Shown here piece by piece: positions 53,701 through 62,378 of a DNA stretch of 64,000 nt. The notes under the pieces are model-generated. The model was not told where the DNA came from. It saw only the letters and a list, made by a program, of their open reading frames with translations, and searched no databases. The stretch covers positions 1,164-65,163 of the forward strand of contig CAZRQL010000012.1 of NCBI GenBank assembly GCA_964602415.1. Reading direction: 5' to 3'. The DNA comes from an uncultured Roseobacteraceae bacterium. GTDB taxonomy: Bacteria > Bacteroidota > Bacteroidia > Cytophagales > Flammeovirgaceae. A program made the translations under genes and the position numbers. The stretch's first letter is position 1, and each line of letters opens with the position of its first letter.

Positions 53701-55331
53701 ATTGTGCAATTTTGGGTGGCGATGTAACCACGGGTATCAATCTTGCAGAGGTTGGAATAGTCTGGAGTACAACGAATTCTATGCCAACTGTTGCGAATTC
53801 AAATAAGGTTGTTGCTTCTGGTGTGAAAACTACTGGTGTATTCAGTGCTTTCGTATGCGATCTCACACCCGGACAAAAGATTTATTTCAGAGCTTATGCC
53901 ACCAATTTTGCAGGGACAGGTTATTCTGTTGTTGATTCTTTCACTACTGCTTCAGCAATAGCTTATCAAAAAGAGGACAGTGCAAAATTTGTAGTTGGTC
54001 AGACTGACTTTTTAACAACGAGCAGCACTGTTACAAGCAAAACATTTGCTGCCGGCAGAGGTGTAGCTATTGATGCAAGAAACGGTAAACTTTACGTCGC
54101 TGATTTTACAGGGAACAGAATTTTACGCTTTGCTTATCCTGTTGTTAGTAATTTTCCTGAGGCTGAAATTGTATTTGGCCAAGATGATTTTACAAGTAGT
54201 GAAGAAAGTAGCGAAGACGGCGGACTCAATAAGCCTTATGGCCTGTTTGTTGATAATACCGGAAGACTTTGGGTGTCAGAGGTAGGTAACAACCGCGTTA
54301 CATGGTTCAATAACGCACACCTCATTAGTAGCAATAAACCAACTCCAAATGGACTACTTGGTCAACCCAACTTTGCGACTACCAATGGCGGAACCACTGG
54401 ATCTAAACTTAAATCACCAAGAGATATTATTATTGATGACTCTGGTAATCTATGGGTTGCTGATGCGGCCAATAATAGAGTGGTTATGTATGTTGCCCCG
54501 GTATCAAAACCTGCCGGTGCCAGTGCAGACAAGGTATTAGGCCAGTCCACGTTCACATCATCTACATCAGGCTCAACTGCCACCACCATGTCGTCTCCTA
54601 TGGGGCTTGCATATTACAACGGTACACTTTGGGTAAGTGACAGAAACAATAACAGGGTACTCAGATTTGACAATGCTGCTTCTAAAGCCAATGGCTCAAG
54701 TGCTGATGGTGTTTTGGGTCAAAGTGACTTCACCTCAACGTCTGCAAACCTTACCGCTTCTGGAATGAATCAGCCATTAGATTGTACTATTGACCCTAAG
54801 GGCACTCTTTGGGTTGCGGATTCCAAGCACAGAAGGGCAATAGGTTTCGAAAATGCTCAGGGTAAAGCCAATGGAGCTGTAGCAGACCACGTAATCGGTC
54901 AAGCTAACTTTACTTCCGTTGGATTTTCTTTAAGGCCTAATAGGCAGAGAGAAGCAACCGCACTTGCTTTTGATCCGCTTGCGTTTGACTTGGCTGTTTC
55001 TGATGGAGATGGCAGTGGGAACAGGGTTTTGATCTTTGACCTTAACGACCCATTCGGTACCCGCCAAGAAGCCAATGTAGATGCTCAAGGCATGAGAACT
55101 TTGGTTGCCTATCCTAATCCAAGTGCTGGATATGTTAAGTTTGACTTCAAAACCACTGAAGATGAAGTTGTAACAATGGCAATTTACGATTTGACCGGCA
55201 AGCAGATTGCCACTTTGACTGGTGTAGAAGACCTCAATAGAGGAATCCAAATCCAAGCCAAGGGTATCTACTTTGCTAAGTTAATGACCAATTCGGGCAT
55301 AAGCCAAACTGTTAAGTTTGTCATTGAGTAG
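50772..55331 (+). CDS. T9SS-secreted giant protein: 3 x (Ig-like domain + six-bladed NHL beta-propeller) + T9SS C-terminal sorting domain
   Basis: Signal peptide ...LPILLLFAALSQGFAQ. There are 18 NHL-type blades with the recurring NNRVLRFDNAxSKANGxxADGVLGQxDFTS motif. The C-terminal tail is VAYPNPSAGYVKFDFKT...GIYFAKLMTNSGISQTVKFVIE. The start is TTG, as no in-frame ATG lies near the 5' end. Confidence 0.85.
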   Translation: MSSSRPLLLKGLFCVSVHRLKLPILLLFAALSQGFAQVPTLSSMPAVSQVRSYTAVASGEVLTGTSLSEVGFVWSTVNALPTTSDNKVVVSGLVSTGTYQVLLSNLPANSTIYLRSYATNGDGTGYSSAAASFTTRINISYDIDQNAINVVGQPDFTSSTSGLSSQNFNASEDVAIDLLNGKMYVADKLNNRVLRFTYPIISDNPVAEAVFGQTDFVSNTAATSATGLDAPTGVFVDNAGRLWVADNGNRRVVWYNNAYTANNGAAADGVLGQPDFVTKSASTSQNKFRGATRVIVDEDGRLWVAERGSHRVLRFDNAALKANGANADGVLGQTNFTDRTSGLSSSSFNSPWGISVHGGTLWVADVNNNRVLRFDNAASKANGSPADGVLGQSDFVSNSAALSQSGMNRPTTCTVDPNGTLWVADRQNRRITGFANAQSKSDGADADYLIGAPNFTTSVSNVTAENRVRSPFGLAIDPSNMLLATAIQTDNRVTIFNLASLNISTPVANNIKAFSANLGATLSSGYPVSEVGIVWSATNSTPTVADNKVISTGNTAPGIYSVFVANLPAATTIYYRGYVISGSSTEYTNVDNFTTSSSPAFTFTNGQSAVHVLGQPNFNSSASGTSSQDFNVSRGIAIDQLNNKVYVSDAENNRVLRFSYPISNYATAEAVFGQSNFTSSASGTSATSMNRPFGIAVDNTGRLWVCESDNNRVIWFDNAHLAVSGTAANGVLGQPDFTSNTPGTSATTMNTPRDIAIDRLGNLYVVDYLNNRILRYDNASSKSNGASADGVLGQSDFVSSGTGTTASTLNKPSGICVSDLNIWVADYSNNRVLRYDNAASKPDGGSADVVLGQVDFTTATSGLSNTKFNLPMDCDVDGFGNLWVVDRNNNRILGFANQNTITNGVAATYVCGQAGFSTKTSGATSSSLNSPRSIAVNNAGYSFLVADAANNRILEFSLNSNLLPTVSSPTSTGIDSYCAILGGDVTTGINLAEVGIVWSTTNSMPTVANSNKVVASGVKTTGVFSAFVCDLTPGQKIYFRAYATNFAGTGYSVVDSFTTASAIAYQKEDSAKFVVGQTDFLTTSSTVTSKTFAAGRGVAIDARNGKLYVADFTGNRILRFAYPVVSNFPEAEIVFGQDDFTSSEESSEDGGLNKPYGLFVDNTGRLWVSEVGNNRVTWFNNAHLISSNKPTPNGLLGQPNFATTNGGTTGSKLKSPRDIIIDDSGNLWVADAANNRVVMYVAPVSKPAGASADKVLGQSTFTSSTSGSTATTMSSPMGLAYYNGTLWVSDRNNNRVLRFDNAASKANGSSADGVLGQSDFTSTSANLTASGMNQPLDCTIDPKGTLWVADSKHRRAIGFENAQGKANGAVADHVIGQANFTSVGFSLRPNRQREATALAFDPLAFDLAVSDGDGSGNRVLIFDLNDPFGTRQEANVDAQGMRTLVAYPNPSAGYVKFDFKTTEDEVVTMAIYDLTGKQIATLTGVEDLNRGIQIQAKGIYFAKLMTNSGISQTVKFVIE
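50883..55060 (+). repeat. Three tandem diverged ~1.39-kb coding modules (about 50883-52265, 52266-53657, 53658-55060)
   Basis: The landmark GAGGT(G/T)GG(G/A)(T/A)T(T/A)GT(T/C)TGG (EVG[FI]VWS) recurs at 50976, 52359 and 53748, giving spacings of 1383 and 1389 nt. Blade 5 of modules 1 and 3 is highly similar at the protein level. Confidence 0.8.
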
Positions 55332-55360
55332 TAACAGTTCAGTTTTTTGGATATAACAAA

Positions 55361-55392
55361 AACCCTCACTTTTTAAAGTGGGGGTTTTTATT
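55361..55392 (+). terminator. Rho-independent terminator of the NHL-repeat gene
   Basis: A 9-bp stem AACCCTCAC/GTGGGGGTT (one G-U pair) with an 8-nt loop, followed by TTTATTT. Confidence 0.7.
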
Positions 55393-55464
55393 TGACTTTG
55401 ACAAATTTTAATTAGAGTAACTTATTCCAATTTATCTCGAATTACGCAATAGAAATTTTTCTAA

Positions 55465-55640
55465 CGCCGTATCCGCATAAATACTCCCGATGCCGTGGGC
55501 ATCATATCTTTACAGCCACGCATATATTGACGAGATTCCCCTCCGATGGGTTCGCACGCATTCGTGGATGCCTTTTCCTACAAACATGCCATCGCTATAG
55601 GATGAATGCCTTAATATCATAGCGGGCAGGCTATTCTCAA
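55465..55640. repeat. Degenerate short hairpin-repeat block in non-coding DNA
   Basis: GATGCC-GTG-GGCATC hairpin at 55489-55503. The word (G)ATGCC recurs at about 55567, 55586 and 55606. Paired phrases are TACAGCCACGCA / TACAAACATGCC. No ORF and no recognisable RNA family. Confidence 0.5.
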
Positions 55641-55694
55641 AGCTTGAAGCCGTAAATGCTATTTTTACTTATCTCTAATAATCAGGGTTCAAGC

Positions 55695-55720
55695 AAAAAA
55701 AAACCGCCTTTCGGCGGTTT
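55695..55720 (-). terminator. Rho-independent terminator downstream of rpsJ
   Basis: On the minus strand, AAACCGCC-GAAA-GGCGGTTT is followed by a T9 run, 3 nt after the rpsJ stop. Confidence 0.8.
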
Positions 55721-55722
55721 GG

Positions 55723-56028
55723 TCAAACTTTGATTTCCACATCTACACCACTGGGAAGTTCGAGTTTCATCAGCGCATCTACGGTTTTGGAGCTATTTGA
55801 ATAAATGTCAATTAGTCTTTTGTAGGTGCAAAGCTGAAACTGCTCACGTGATTTTTTGTTTACGTGAGGGGAACGCAAAACAGTAAAGATTTCCTTTTCA
55901 GTAGGCAAAGGAATGGGGCCTGAAACAATTGCGCCGGTAGGTTTTACTGCTCGGACGATTTTTTCTGCTGACTTATCTACCAGATTGTGGTCGTAGGATT
56001 TCAGCTTGATTCTAATTTTTTGGTTCAT
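55723..56028 (-). CDS. rpsJ: 30S ribosomal protein S10
   Basis: [25 protein letters not shown]...[13 protein letters not shown] is canonical S10. Confidence 0.97.
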   Translation of the reverse strand: MNQKIRIKLKSYDHNLVDKSAEKIVRAVKPTGAIVSGPIPLPTEKEIFTVLRSPHVNKKSREQFQLCTYKRLIDIYSNSSKTVDALMKLELPSGVDVEIKV

Positions 56029-56065
56029 CTTGACCGTCTGTCAATTTGTGTAACAACTTTACTTT

Positions 56066-56093
56066 ATCGAAAAAGCGGGCGATAGCCGCCCGC
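56066..56093 (-). terminator. Intra-operon hairpin + T5 (terminator/attenuator) between fusA and rpsJ
   Basis: On the minus strand, the GC-rich 7-bp stem GCGGGCG/CGCCCGC is followed by TTTTTCGAT. It lies in the 72-nt fusA-rpsJ spacer. Confidence 0.5.
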
Positions 56094-56100
56094 CTAAAAA

Positions 56101-58227
56101 CTATTTTCCTGATTTAGATTTGGCAATTACTTCTTCTGCAATGTTTCGAGGCACTTCGGCGTAGTGTGAGAATGTAAGACTTGCCGCCGCACGACCTGAA
56201 GTAATGGTACGCAATGAGGTAACATAGCCAAACAATTCCGAAAGTGGTACATCGGCTTTGATAATCACCGCACCTGCTTTCATATCTTGTCCTTTTGGCA
56301 TACCACGGCGTTTGTTCAAATCACCGATTACACCACCCGTGTATTCGTCAGGACACACAATTTCTACCGCCATGATAGGCTCAAGCAAAACGGGGCGGGC
56401 TTTGCGTCCGGCTTCTTTAAAGCCGATTCTTGCAGCCATCTCAAATGAGAGTGAGTCAGAGTCAACATCGTGGTAAGATCCGAAGAACAAACGCACTTTC
56501 ATACCGTCAACAGGAAAACCGGCCAATACGCCATTGGACATAGCTTCATCAAAACCTTTTTTGATGGCAGGAATGAATTCTTTAGGAATGACACCGCCTT
56601 TGATTTCGTCCAAAAATTCAAGGCCTATTTTTCCTTCGTCGGCAGGCATAAGTTCAAACTGAATATCTGCAAATTTACCACGGCCACCGGTTTGCTTCTT
56701 GTAAACTTCGCGGTGCTCGACATTGGATGTAAAGGCTTCCTTGTAGGCAACTTGGGGAGCACCTTGGTTGATTTCTACGTTAAATTCGCGTTTGAGGCGG
56801 TCAATGATAATCTCCAAGTGAAGTTCTCCCATACCGCGCAAAATGGTTTGACCGGTTTCTTGGTCTGTAAATACGGTGAGAGTAGGGTCTTCTTCAAGCA
56901 ATTTGGATAACCCATTGGACAACTTATCTACATCAGCTTGTTTTTTGGCTTCGATTGCGTAACCAATTACAGGCTCAGGGAAGGACATTTTTTCAAGTAC
57001 AATAGGCTTATCTTCTTGAACTAAGGTATCACCTGTTTTGATGTCCTTAAAGCCCACACCTGCACAAATATCGCCAGCTTCTACCAAATCAATAGGATTT
57101 TGTTTGTTGGCGTGCATCTGTACAAGGCGAGATATGCGTTCTTTTTTGCCATTGCGCATATTGATAACATAAGAACCGGATGCCAATTGCCCCGAATAAA
57201 CGCGCATAAAGGCCAACCTGCCCACAAAGGGGTCGGTCGCAATTTTGAAGGCCAGTGCTGCAAAAGGCTCTGTAATGTCCGGTCTGCGGATCTCTTCTGC
57301 TCCCGTGTCTGGATTGCTCCCTACGACAGGGGGCAGATCAAGAGGCGAGGGGAGATAAGCAGCCACCGCATCAAGTACGGCTTGAACGCCTTTATTTTTG
57401 AAGGCTGAGCCGCAAAGAACGGGGAATATTTCCATGGCGATAACTCCTTTGCGGAGAGCAGCGCGGATTTCGTCGGCTGTTATGCTGTCGGGATTGTCAA
57501 AAAACCGCTCCATCAGGGATTCATCGTACTCGGCTACTGACTCCAGCAATTTGCCCCTCCACTCTTCTACAACCGGGACCAAATCAGCGGGAGTAGGGAT
57601 AACTTCATAGGTCATACCTTGGTCGTGCTCATTCCAGATGATGGCTTCTTTGGTGATGAGATCTACCACACCACGAAATTTTTCTTCTTCACCGATAGGT
57701 ACTTGGATGGGCACCGCATTGGCACCGAGTCTCTCTTTAATTTCTTTGACGACATTAAAAAAGTCTGCGCCTGCGCGATCCATTTTGTTTACAAAGCAAA
57801 GACGGGGTACGTTGTACTTGTTGGCTTGTCTCCAAACAGTCTCTGATTGAGGTTCAACACCCGAAACGGCACAAAACAATCCCACAGCACCATCAAGAAC
57901 ACGCAGCGAACGCTCTACCTCAACGGTAAAATCCACGTGTCCGGGGGTATCAATAACATTGACGGTGTAAGTCTTTGAATGTTCGTTGGGTGTGCCTTTT
58001 ACCGTAGGGTACTTCCATGAAGTAGCGGTAGCGGCAGCGGTGATGGTAATACCGCGCTCTTGTTCTTGCTCCATCCAATCCATGGTAGCAGCACCATCAT
58101 GAACTTCGCCAATTTTATGGCTCACACCTGTATAATACAGGATTCGCTCAGTGGTAGTTGTTTTACCGGCATCAATGTGCGCCATGATACCGATGTTTCT
58201 GTGTAAAAGGAGATTTTTCTTGGCCAC
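56101..58227 (-). CDS. fusA: Elongation factor G
   Basis: G-domain motifs [17 protein letters not shown] and NKMD, in a full-length 708-aa EF-G. Confidence 0.97.
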   Translation of the reverse strand: MAKKNLLLHRNIGIMAHIDAGKTTTTERILYYTGVSHKIGEVHDGAATMDWMEQEQERGITITAAATATSWKYPTVKGTPNEHSKTYTVNVIDTPGHVDFTVEVERSLRVLDGAVGLFCAVSGVEPQSETVWRQANKYNVPRLCFVNKMDRAGADFFNVVKEIKERLGANAVPIQVPIGEEEKFRGVVDLITKEAIIWNEHDQGMTYEVIPTPADLVPVVEEWRGKLLESVAEYDESLMERFFDNPDSITADEIRAALRKGVIAMEIFPVLCGSAFKNKGVQAVLDAVAAYLPSPLDLPPVVGSNPDTGAEEIRRPDITEPFAALAFKIATDPFVGRLAFMRVYSGQLASGSYVINMRNGKKERISRLVQMHANKQNPIDLVEAGDICAGVGFKDIKTGDTLVQEDKPIVLEKMSFPEPVIGYAIEAKKQADVDKLSNGLSKLLEEDPTLTVFTDQETGQTILRGMGELHLEIIIDRLKREFNVEINQGAPQVAYKEAFTSNVEHREVYKKQTGGRGKFADIQFELMPADEGKIGLEFLDEIKGGVIPKEFIPAIKKGFDEAMSNGVLAGFPVDGMKVRLFFGSYHDVDSDSLSFEMAARIGFKEAGRKARPVLLEPIMAVEIVCPDEYTGGVIGDLNKRRGMPKGQDMKAGAVIIKADVPLSELFGYVTSLRTITSGRAAASLTFSHYAEVPRNIAEEVIAKSKSGK

Positions 58228-58239
58228 GACTTTTATGGA

Positions 58240-58725
58240 TTAAAATCTGAAATGCGAGAAAGCTTTGTTGGCTTCGGCCATACGGTGTGTATCGTCTTTT
58301 TTCTTGACGGCTGCACCCTCACCTTTGGAGGCAGCGATGATTTCGGCAGCCAATTTGTCCACCATGCTTTTTTCGTTGCGAGAGCGGGCATACTTGATAA
58401 GCCACTTCATGCTCAATGTAATACGTCGCTCAGGGCGAACTTCGGTAGGCACTTGGAAAGTAGCACCTCCTACGCGGCGACTTTTTACTTCCACCATAGG
58501 CGTTACGTTGGCGATGGCTCGTTTCCAGACATCTATTCCTGCTTGCTTTTCCTCGGTGTTTTTGTTTACTTTATCTTCAATAATCTCAAGGGCATCATAA
58601 AAAATATTGTAGGCAATGCCTTTTTTTCCGTCATACATCAAATTATTGACAAAACGGGTAACCATCGTATCGCCAAATTTAGGGTCAGGCAGAAGGTATC
58701 TCTTTTTTGGTTTTGCTTTTCTCAT
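58240..58725 (-). CDS. rpsG: 30S ribosomal protein S7
   Basis: [19 protein letters not shown]...[16 protein letters not shown] is canonical S7. Confidence 0.97.
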   Translation of the reverse strand: MRKAKPKKRYLLPDPKFGDTMVTRFVNNLMYDGKKGIAYNIFYDALEIIEDKVNKNTEEKQAGIDVWKRAIANVTPMVEVKSRRVGGATFQVPTEVRPERRITLSMKWLIKYARSRNEKSMVDKLAAEIIAASKGEGAAVKKKDDTHRMAEANKAFSHFRF

Positions 58726-58747
58726 TGTTTTCTAAGGGGTTAACTGG

Positions 58748-59182
58748 TTATTTTTTCTTAGCGGATCCTCCTTTGCCTGGTGCTCCTTTACCTGCTGCGG
58801 CTGCTTGGCCTGGTTTAGGACGTTTGGCCCCGTACTTGGAGCGAGACTGTTTCCTGCCGTTTACTCCGGCTGTATCCAATGCTCCTCTGACAATGTGATA
58901 ACGTACCCCGGGCAAATCCTTGACACGACCACCACGCACCAACACAATAGAGTGCTCTAGCAAATTGTGGCCTTCGCCGGGTATGTAAGCGTTCACCTCT
59001 TTTTGATTGGAGAGACGAACACGGGCTACTTTGCGCATGGCTGAATTGGGCTTTTTGGGCGTAGTCGTATAGACACGCGTGCACACCCCCCTGCGCTGGG
59101 GGCATGAATCCAAGGAGGGAGATTTTGACTTGTAAGTCACTTTCTCGCGGCCCTTCCTGACTAATTGCTGAATAGAAGGCAT
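58748..59182 (-). CDS. rpsL: 30S ribosomal protein S12 (with a Gly/Ala/Lys-rich C-terminal extension)
   Basis: [12 protein letters not shown]...[17 protein letters not shown]...[14 protein letters not shown]. It ends with the additional [25 protein letters not shown]. Confidence 0.97.
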   Translation of the reverse strand: MPSIQQLVRKGREKVTYKSKSPSLDSCPQRRGVCTRVYTTTPKKPNSAMRKVARVRLSNQKEVNAYIPGEGHNLLEHSIVLVRGGRVKDLPGVRYHIVRGALDTAGVNGRKQSRSKYGAKRPKPGQAAAAGKGAPGKGGSAKKK

Positions 59183-59220
59183 TTAGCTAAAAAAATTTGA
59201 TAATCTACTTTTAAGAGGCG

Positions 59221-59228
59221 CAAAGTTA
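59221..59228 (-). promoter_or_regulatory. Candidate -7 box (TAACTTTG) of the str operon promoter
   Basis: Exact TAnnTTTG match on the minus strand, about 39 nt upstream of the rpsL ATG. Confidence 0.4.
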
Positions 59229-59336
59229 TGCTATAATTCTTGTCCACCAAAACTTTTATCCAAAAAATATTTGTATTGAATGCCGAAAACTGTGTCTCAA
59301 TAGTACCGAAGTGCTTAAAGTTTTAAATGAAGCGCA

Positions 59337-59675
59337 TTAATCATTTTGTGAAAAAAGGCGAATCAGATTTTCTATTTTTTTTCGTATGAAATTGAATTTG
59401 AATAAAATCCAAACAGCAAATGCCAAATAAGCAACCGCGACAATCAAAAAGCCCGCCCAAATCCCCAAAAACGTACCTAAAACAACAGCCAACGCAATAT
59501 TGACAAAAAGCAGTGCCAACCCAAACATGGCAATTATCAGAAAACCACCCAAGAGCGCAGCAACAGCGTGAGAAGCCCCTGCCATCAACTCATGACGAAG
59601 TAGCGATACGTAGGCTTCTGCCAACCTGCCCAAAGCCTCAATAACCCGCGCAGTAGATGATGATTCGTTTTGCAT
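59337..59675 (-). CDS. Small membrane protein, Holin-X/phage-holin-3_6-like family
   Basis: 112 aa with two long TM helices (ALLGGFLIIAMFGLALLFVNIALAVVLG; IWAGFLIVAVAYLAFAVWILF). The layout is as I recall for PF07332. No phage context. Confidence 0.5.
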   Translation of the reverse strand: MQNESSSTARVIEALGRLAEAYVSLLRHELMAGASHAVAALLGGFLIIAMFGLALLFVNIALAVVLGTFLGIWAGFLIVAVAYLAFAVWILFKFNFIRKKIENLIRLFSQND

Positions 59676-59792
59676 GCAACAAAATTAATAAAAACAATTG
59701 GTATATTGATTCTGAACTGAACTTATTTACAGTTTCAAATGGCTGTAAAACAATATTTTAAAAAACTTAATCTCTTCGAGCATGTCCATATA

Positions 59793-60776
59793 TTATTTGA
59801 TGGAAAACTTGACCACAAAGGCATCTTTAAATCCTTTCTTTTTGACTTCTTCGCAAAGTTTGTCAATCAGTGACTTATCGTATTCACGGCCAACAGTATA
59901 GATGTATTTGTAAACCCTTTCTTCTACAATATGCTCATCAATTCGCGCAGGAGAGATTTTTTTGAAGTCGGGGTGCGTCAAAGCGACTGGTTTGGGAGAG
60001 GCCAGCACTTGCACTTTGTAGTAAAATTCGCGTCCTTCGGGCGGTAAGGGCTTGGCTACAAAGCGTTTGACGGCTCGGTAAATGGCAGTGGCTATTTCTG
60101 ACTGTCCTTTGGTGCTGTTGGCGTATTTTTCTTCTTCGGGATTGCTCAAAAACGCACATTCCACCAAAACCGACGGCATATCAGTGTATTGGACAACTTG
60201 AAGGTTGTATCCTCTTTGGGTGGCATCAAGTACCCCATTGGAGACCCGCTTAATTCTGACAAACTCTTCCTGTATCATATTGGCAAGCAATACACTGGCC
60301 GGCTGCTTGTGGCTGTAAATATGACAATAAGAGCCTTTGATGGCCGAAGATAGGTTGGAGTTGAAATGAATGGATATAAAAAAATCGGCCAAACTATCAT
60401 TGGCCATCCTAACGCGATCGTCCAACGTTACAAAGACATCCGTTTTTCTTGTGTACCTCACATCAACGGATTTGACTTTTTTTTCGATTAGTTCACCCAG
60501 TTTGAGCGAGACCGAAAGAGCCAAATCTTTTTCGTGAAGCAATTTGGGACTCCCTCGCGGTTTACCGGGGTCTTTGCCACCGTGTCCGGGGTCTATAAAC
60601 AACAGGTACTTTGCTCCCGCGTGAGGGACAATATTTTGGGATGGCTCAGTGAGCAGGGTAGTGTCGGTTTGAGCGTAGTTCTCAAAACAGAAAAGCAGAA
60701 CTAATACGAAATTAATTGTTGTCTTTAATCCTTTTATCTTCACTGCTTTGAAGCCAAAACCCGACAGCACCAGCAA
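59793..60776 (-). CDS. N-acetylmuramoyl-L-alanine amidase (Amidase_3) with a C-terminal SPOR domain
   Basis: Motifs IDPGHGGKDPG, SIHFNS and ECAFLSN. The SPOR-like tail is YYKVQVLASPKPV...GFKDAFVVKF. The probable start is the GTG at about 60743 (VKIKGLKTTINFVLVLLFCF, a signal peptide). Confidence 0.85.
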   Translation of the reverse strand: MLVLSGFGFKAVKIKGLKTTINFVLVLLFCFENYAQTDTTLLTEPSQNIVPHAGAKYLLFIDPGHGGKDPGKPRGSPKLLHEKDLALSVSLKLGELIEKKVKSVDVRYTRKTDVFVTLDDRVRMANDSLADFFISIHFNSNLSSAIKGSYCHIYSHKQPASVLLANMIQEEFVRIKRVSNGVLDATQRGYNLQVVQYTDMPSVLVECAFLSNPEEEKYANSTKGQSEIATAIYRAVKRFVAKPLPPEGREFYYKVQVLASPKPVALTHPDFKKISPARIDEHIVEERVYKYIYTVGREYDKSLIDKLCEEVKKKGFKDAFVVKFSIK

Positions 60777-60891
60777 CAGCCATAATTATTACATAGAAGA
60801 CGATCAATTCCGTGCTCATAGTTTGATGTTTTTGTTTTAATGCAAAAGTAATAAAGAAATTGAATGGCTAAAAAAATTTAAGACTTCTTTC

Positions 60892-62346
60892 TTATATTTT
60901 CTTGATTTTCAAACCCAAATAAGCAACCAAAATGGTCATCAGTGGACTTATCCAATTAAAAAAACAAAAGGGTGCGTAAGTTAAGGTTGCAATGTGCAAA
61001 ACCCCTGCTTGGGTGGCCCCGCAAGTATTCCAAGGCACCAACACAGAAGTAACCGTGCCCGCATCTTCGAGTGTGCGGCTTAGGTTTTCCGGTGCCAAGC
61101 CCCGGGACTGAAATCCCTGAGCAAACATACGCCCCGGTACCACAATAGAAAGGTATTGGTCTGATGCCGTGATGTTTAGAAAAATACTGGTGGCCGCCGT
61201 AGAAGAGACCAATTGCGTATTTGAATGCACGGATGCCAAAATGGTCTCTGTGATTTTAGAGAGAAGGCCACTTCGCTCCATAGTGCCACCAAAAGCCATA
61301 GCACAGATAATCAGCCAGATAGTATTCAGCATGCCGGCCATTCCACGGCTACTGAGCAAGCTGTCAACCGCCGGATTGCCCGTATGCAGCGAAACAGACC
61401 CCGAAATGGCCTTCATCAAGCCCACATAAGAAAAAGAAGCGTAGTGCTCTTGTAAGTGTCTGAAATCCAGTTTTAAGTTCGCGACTTCTCTCAGTATGTC
61501 TTGTTGAAAAAGCCCCGCAAACAAAGCCCCCAAAAGAGTGGCTGTCAGCAAGGCGGGAATCGGAGCAACCCCCCTCAAAATCATCACAAAAAGCAGCGCA
61601 GGCACTAAAAAAAGCTCGGGTGAAATATAAAACTTGCTGTCAATGGCCTTGGCTATCTCCTCTACGTTGATGGCGGCTGGCTGGTCAACAGCAAAAAAAC
61701 CCATGAATAAAAAAATTATCAAAGTAATTGAAAATGAGGGTATGGTAGTGATAAGCATGTACTTGATATGAGTAAATAGGTCAGTACCCGAAACGGCAGG
61801 GGCTAAGTTGGTGGTGTCTGAAAGTGGGGATATTTTGTCGCCAAAATAGGCTCCCGAAATAATGGCTCCCGCCACCCATCCTTCGCTGATTCCCAAGGCT
61901 TTGCCAATCCCCACTAAGGCAATCCCTACTGTGGCCACCGTTGTCCAAGAACTCCCCGAAGCAGTGGCTACGACTGCGCATATCAAACAGGCCGCCACCA
62001 AAAAGAAAGTCGGGTTCAGTATCTGCAAACCATAATATATCATGGCAGGAACAATACCCGATACCAGCCAAGTACCTGATAATGACCCAATTAATAACAA
62101 AATCAAAATAGCCGGAACGGCAGAACTGATGCTGTTGACCATGCCTTCGCGTAGGGCTTTCCATTTGACTCCCAACCGAATGGCTATCAAACAAGCCAAT
62201 GCCGCCGCCAAAATCAATATCATCTGATTGGAGCCATTAAGTCCTTGGTCTTGAAACACCAACACATTGAAAAAAAGGGCTACAATCAAAAATACAATGG
62301 GCACAAAGGCTTCCCAAAGTTTGGGCTTGCGAGCAATTGGAGACAT
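60892..62346 (-). CDS. nhaC: Na+/H+ antiporter NhaC family
   Basis: 484-aa polytopic protein with the NhaC-like pattern (GSSWTTVATVGIALVGIG, ISPLSDTTNLA, TSVLVPWNTCG). Confidence 0.85.
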   Translation of the reverse strand: MSPIARKPKLWEAFVPIVFLIVALFFNVLVFQDQGLNGSNQMILILAAALACLIAIRLGVKWKALREGMVNSISSAVPAILILLLIGSLSGTWLVSGIVPAMIYYGLQILNPTFFLVAACLICAVVATASGSSWTTVATVGIALVGIGKALGISEGWVAGAIISGAYFGDKISPLSDTTNLAPAVSGTDLFTHIKYMLITTIPSFSITLIIFLFMGFFAVDQPAAINVEEIAKAIDSKFYISPELFLVPALLFVMILRGVAPIPALLTATLLGALFAGLFQQDILREVANLKLDFRHLQEHYASFSYVGLMKAISGSVSLHTGNPAVDSLLSSRGMAGMLNTIWLIICAMAFGGTMERSGLLSKITETILASVHSNTQLVSSTAATSIFLNITASDQYLSIVVPGRMFAQGFQSRGLAPENLSRTLEDAGTVTSVLVPWNTCGATQAGVLHIATLTYAPFCFFNWISPLMTILVAYLGLKIKKI

Positions 62347-62378
62347 AATTTTGTAAGTTAAATTGTTGGAAAGCCAAA

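Noticed and set aside
50883-55060. Periodic repeats that could be mistaken for a CRISPR array or tandem-repeat satellite.
   Set aside because: The periods are ~1.39 kb for modules and ~140-150 nt for blades. They lie in one continuous ORF with diverged copies. There are no short identical direct repeats with unique spacers anywhere in the window.
55683-55722. tRNA-like T-arm word GGTTCAAGC near the rpsJ terminator, and the possibility of a tRNA or tmRNA in 55440-55722.
   Set aside because: No acceptor, D or anticodon arms can be folded around it. The adjacent hairpin plus T-run is a straightforward terminator.
59337-60776. Adjacent amidase and holin-like genes as a phage-type lysis cassette or prophage remnant.
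   Set aside because: The amidase has its own signal peptide and a SPOR septal-targeting domain, so it is a cell-division AmiC type. The small membrane protein belongs to a family common in non-phage stress contexts. No phage structural, integrase or regulatory genes are nearby.
60712-60819. 35-aa single-TM ORF (MSTELIVFYVIIMAVAGAVGFWLQSSEDKRIKDNN) just upstream of, and overlapping, the amidase start.
   Set aside because: It is below any reliable size threshold, overlaps the amidase N-terminus in another frame, and I could find no -7 box for it. I cannot support it from sequence alone.
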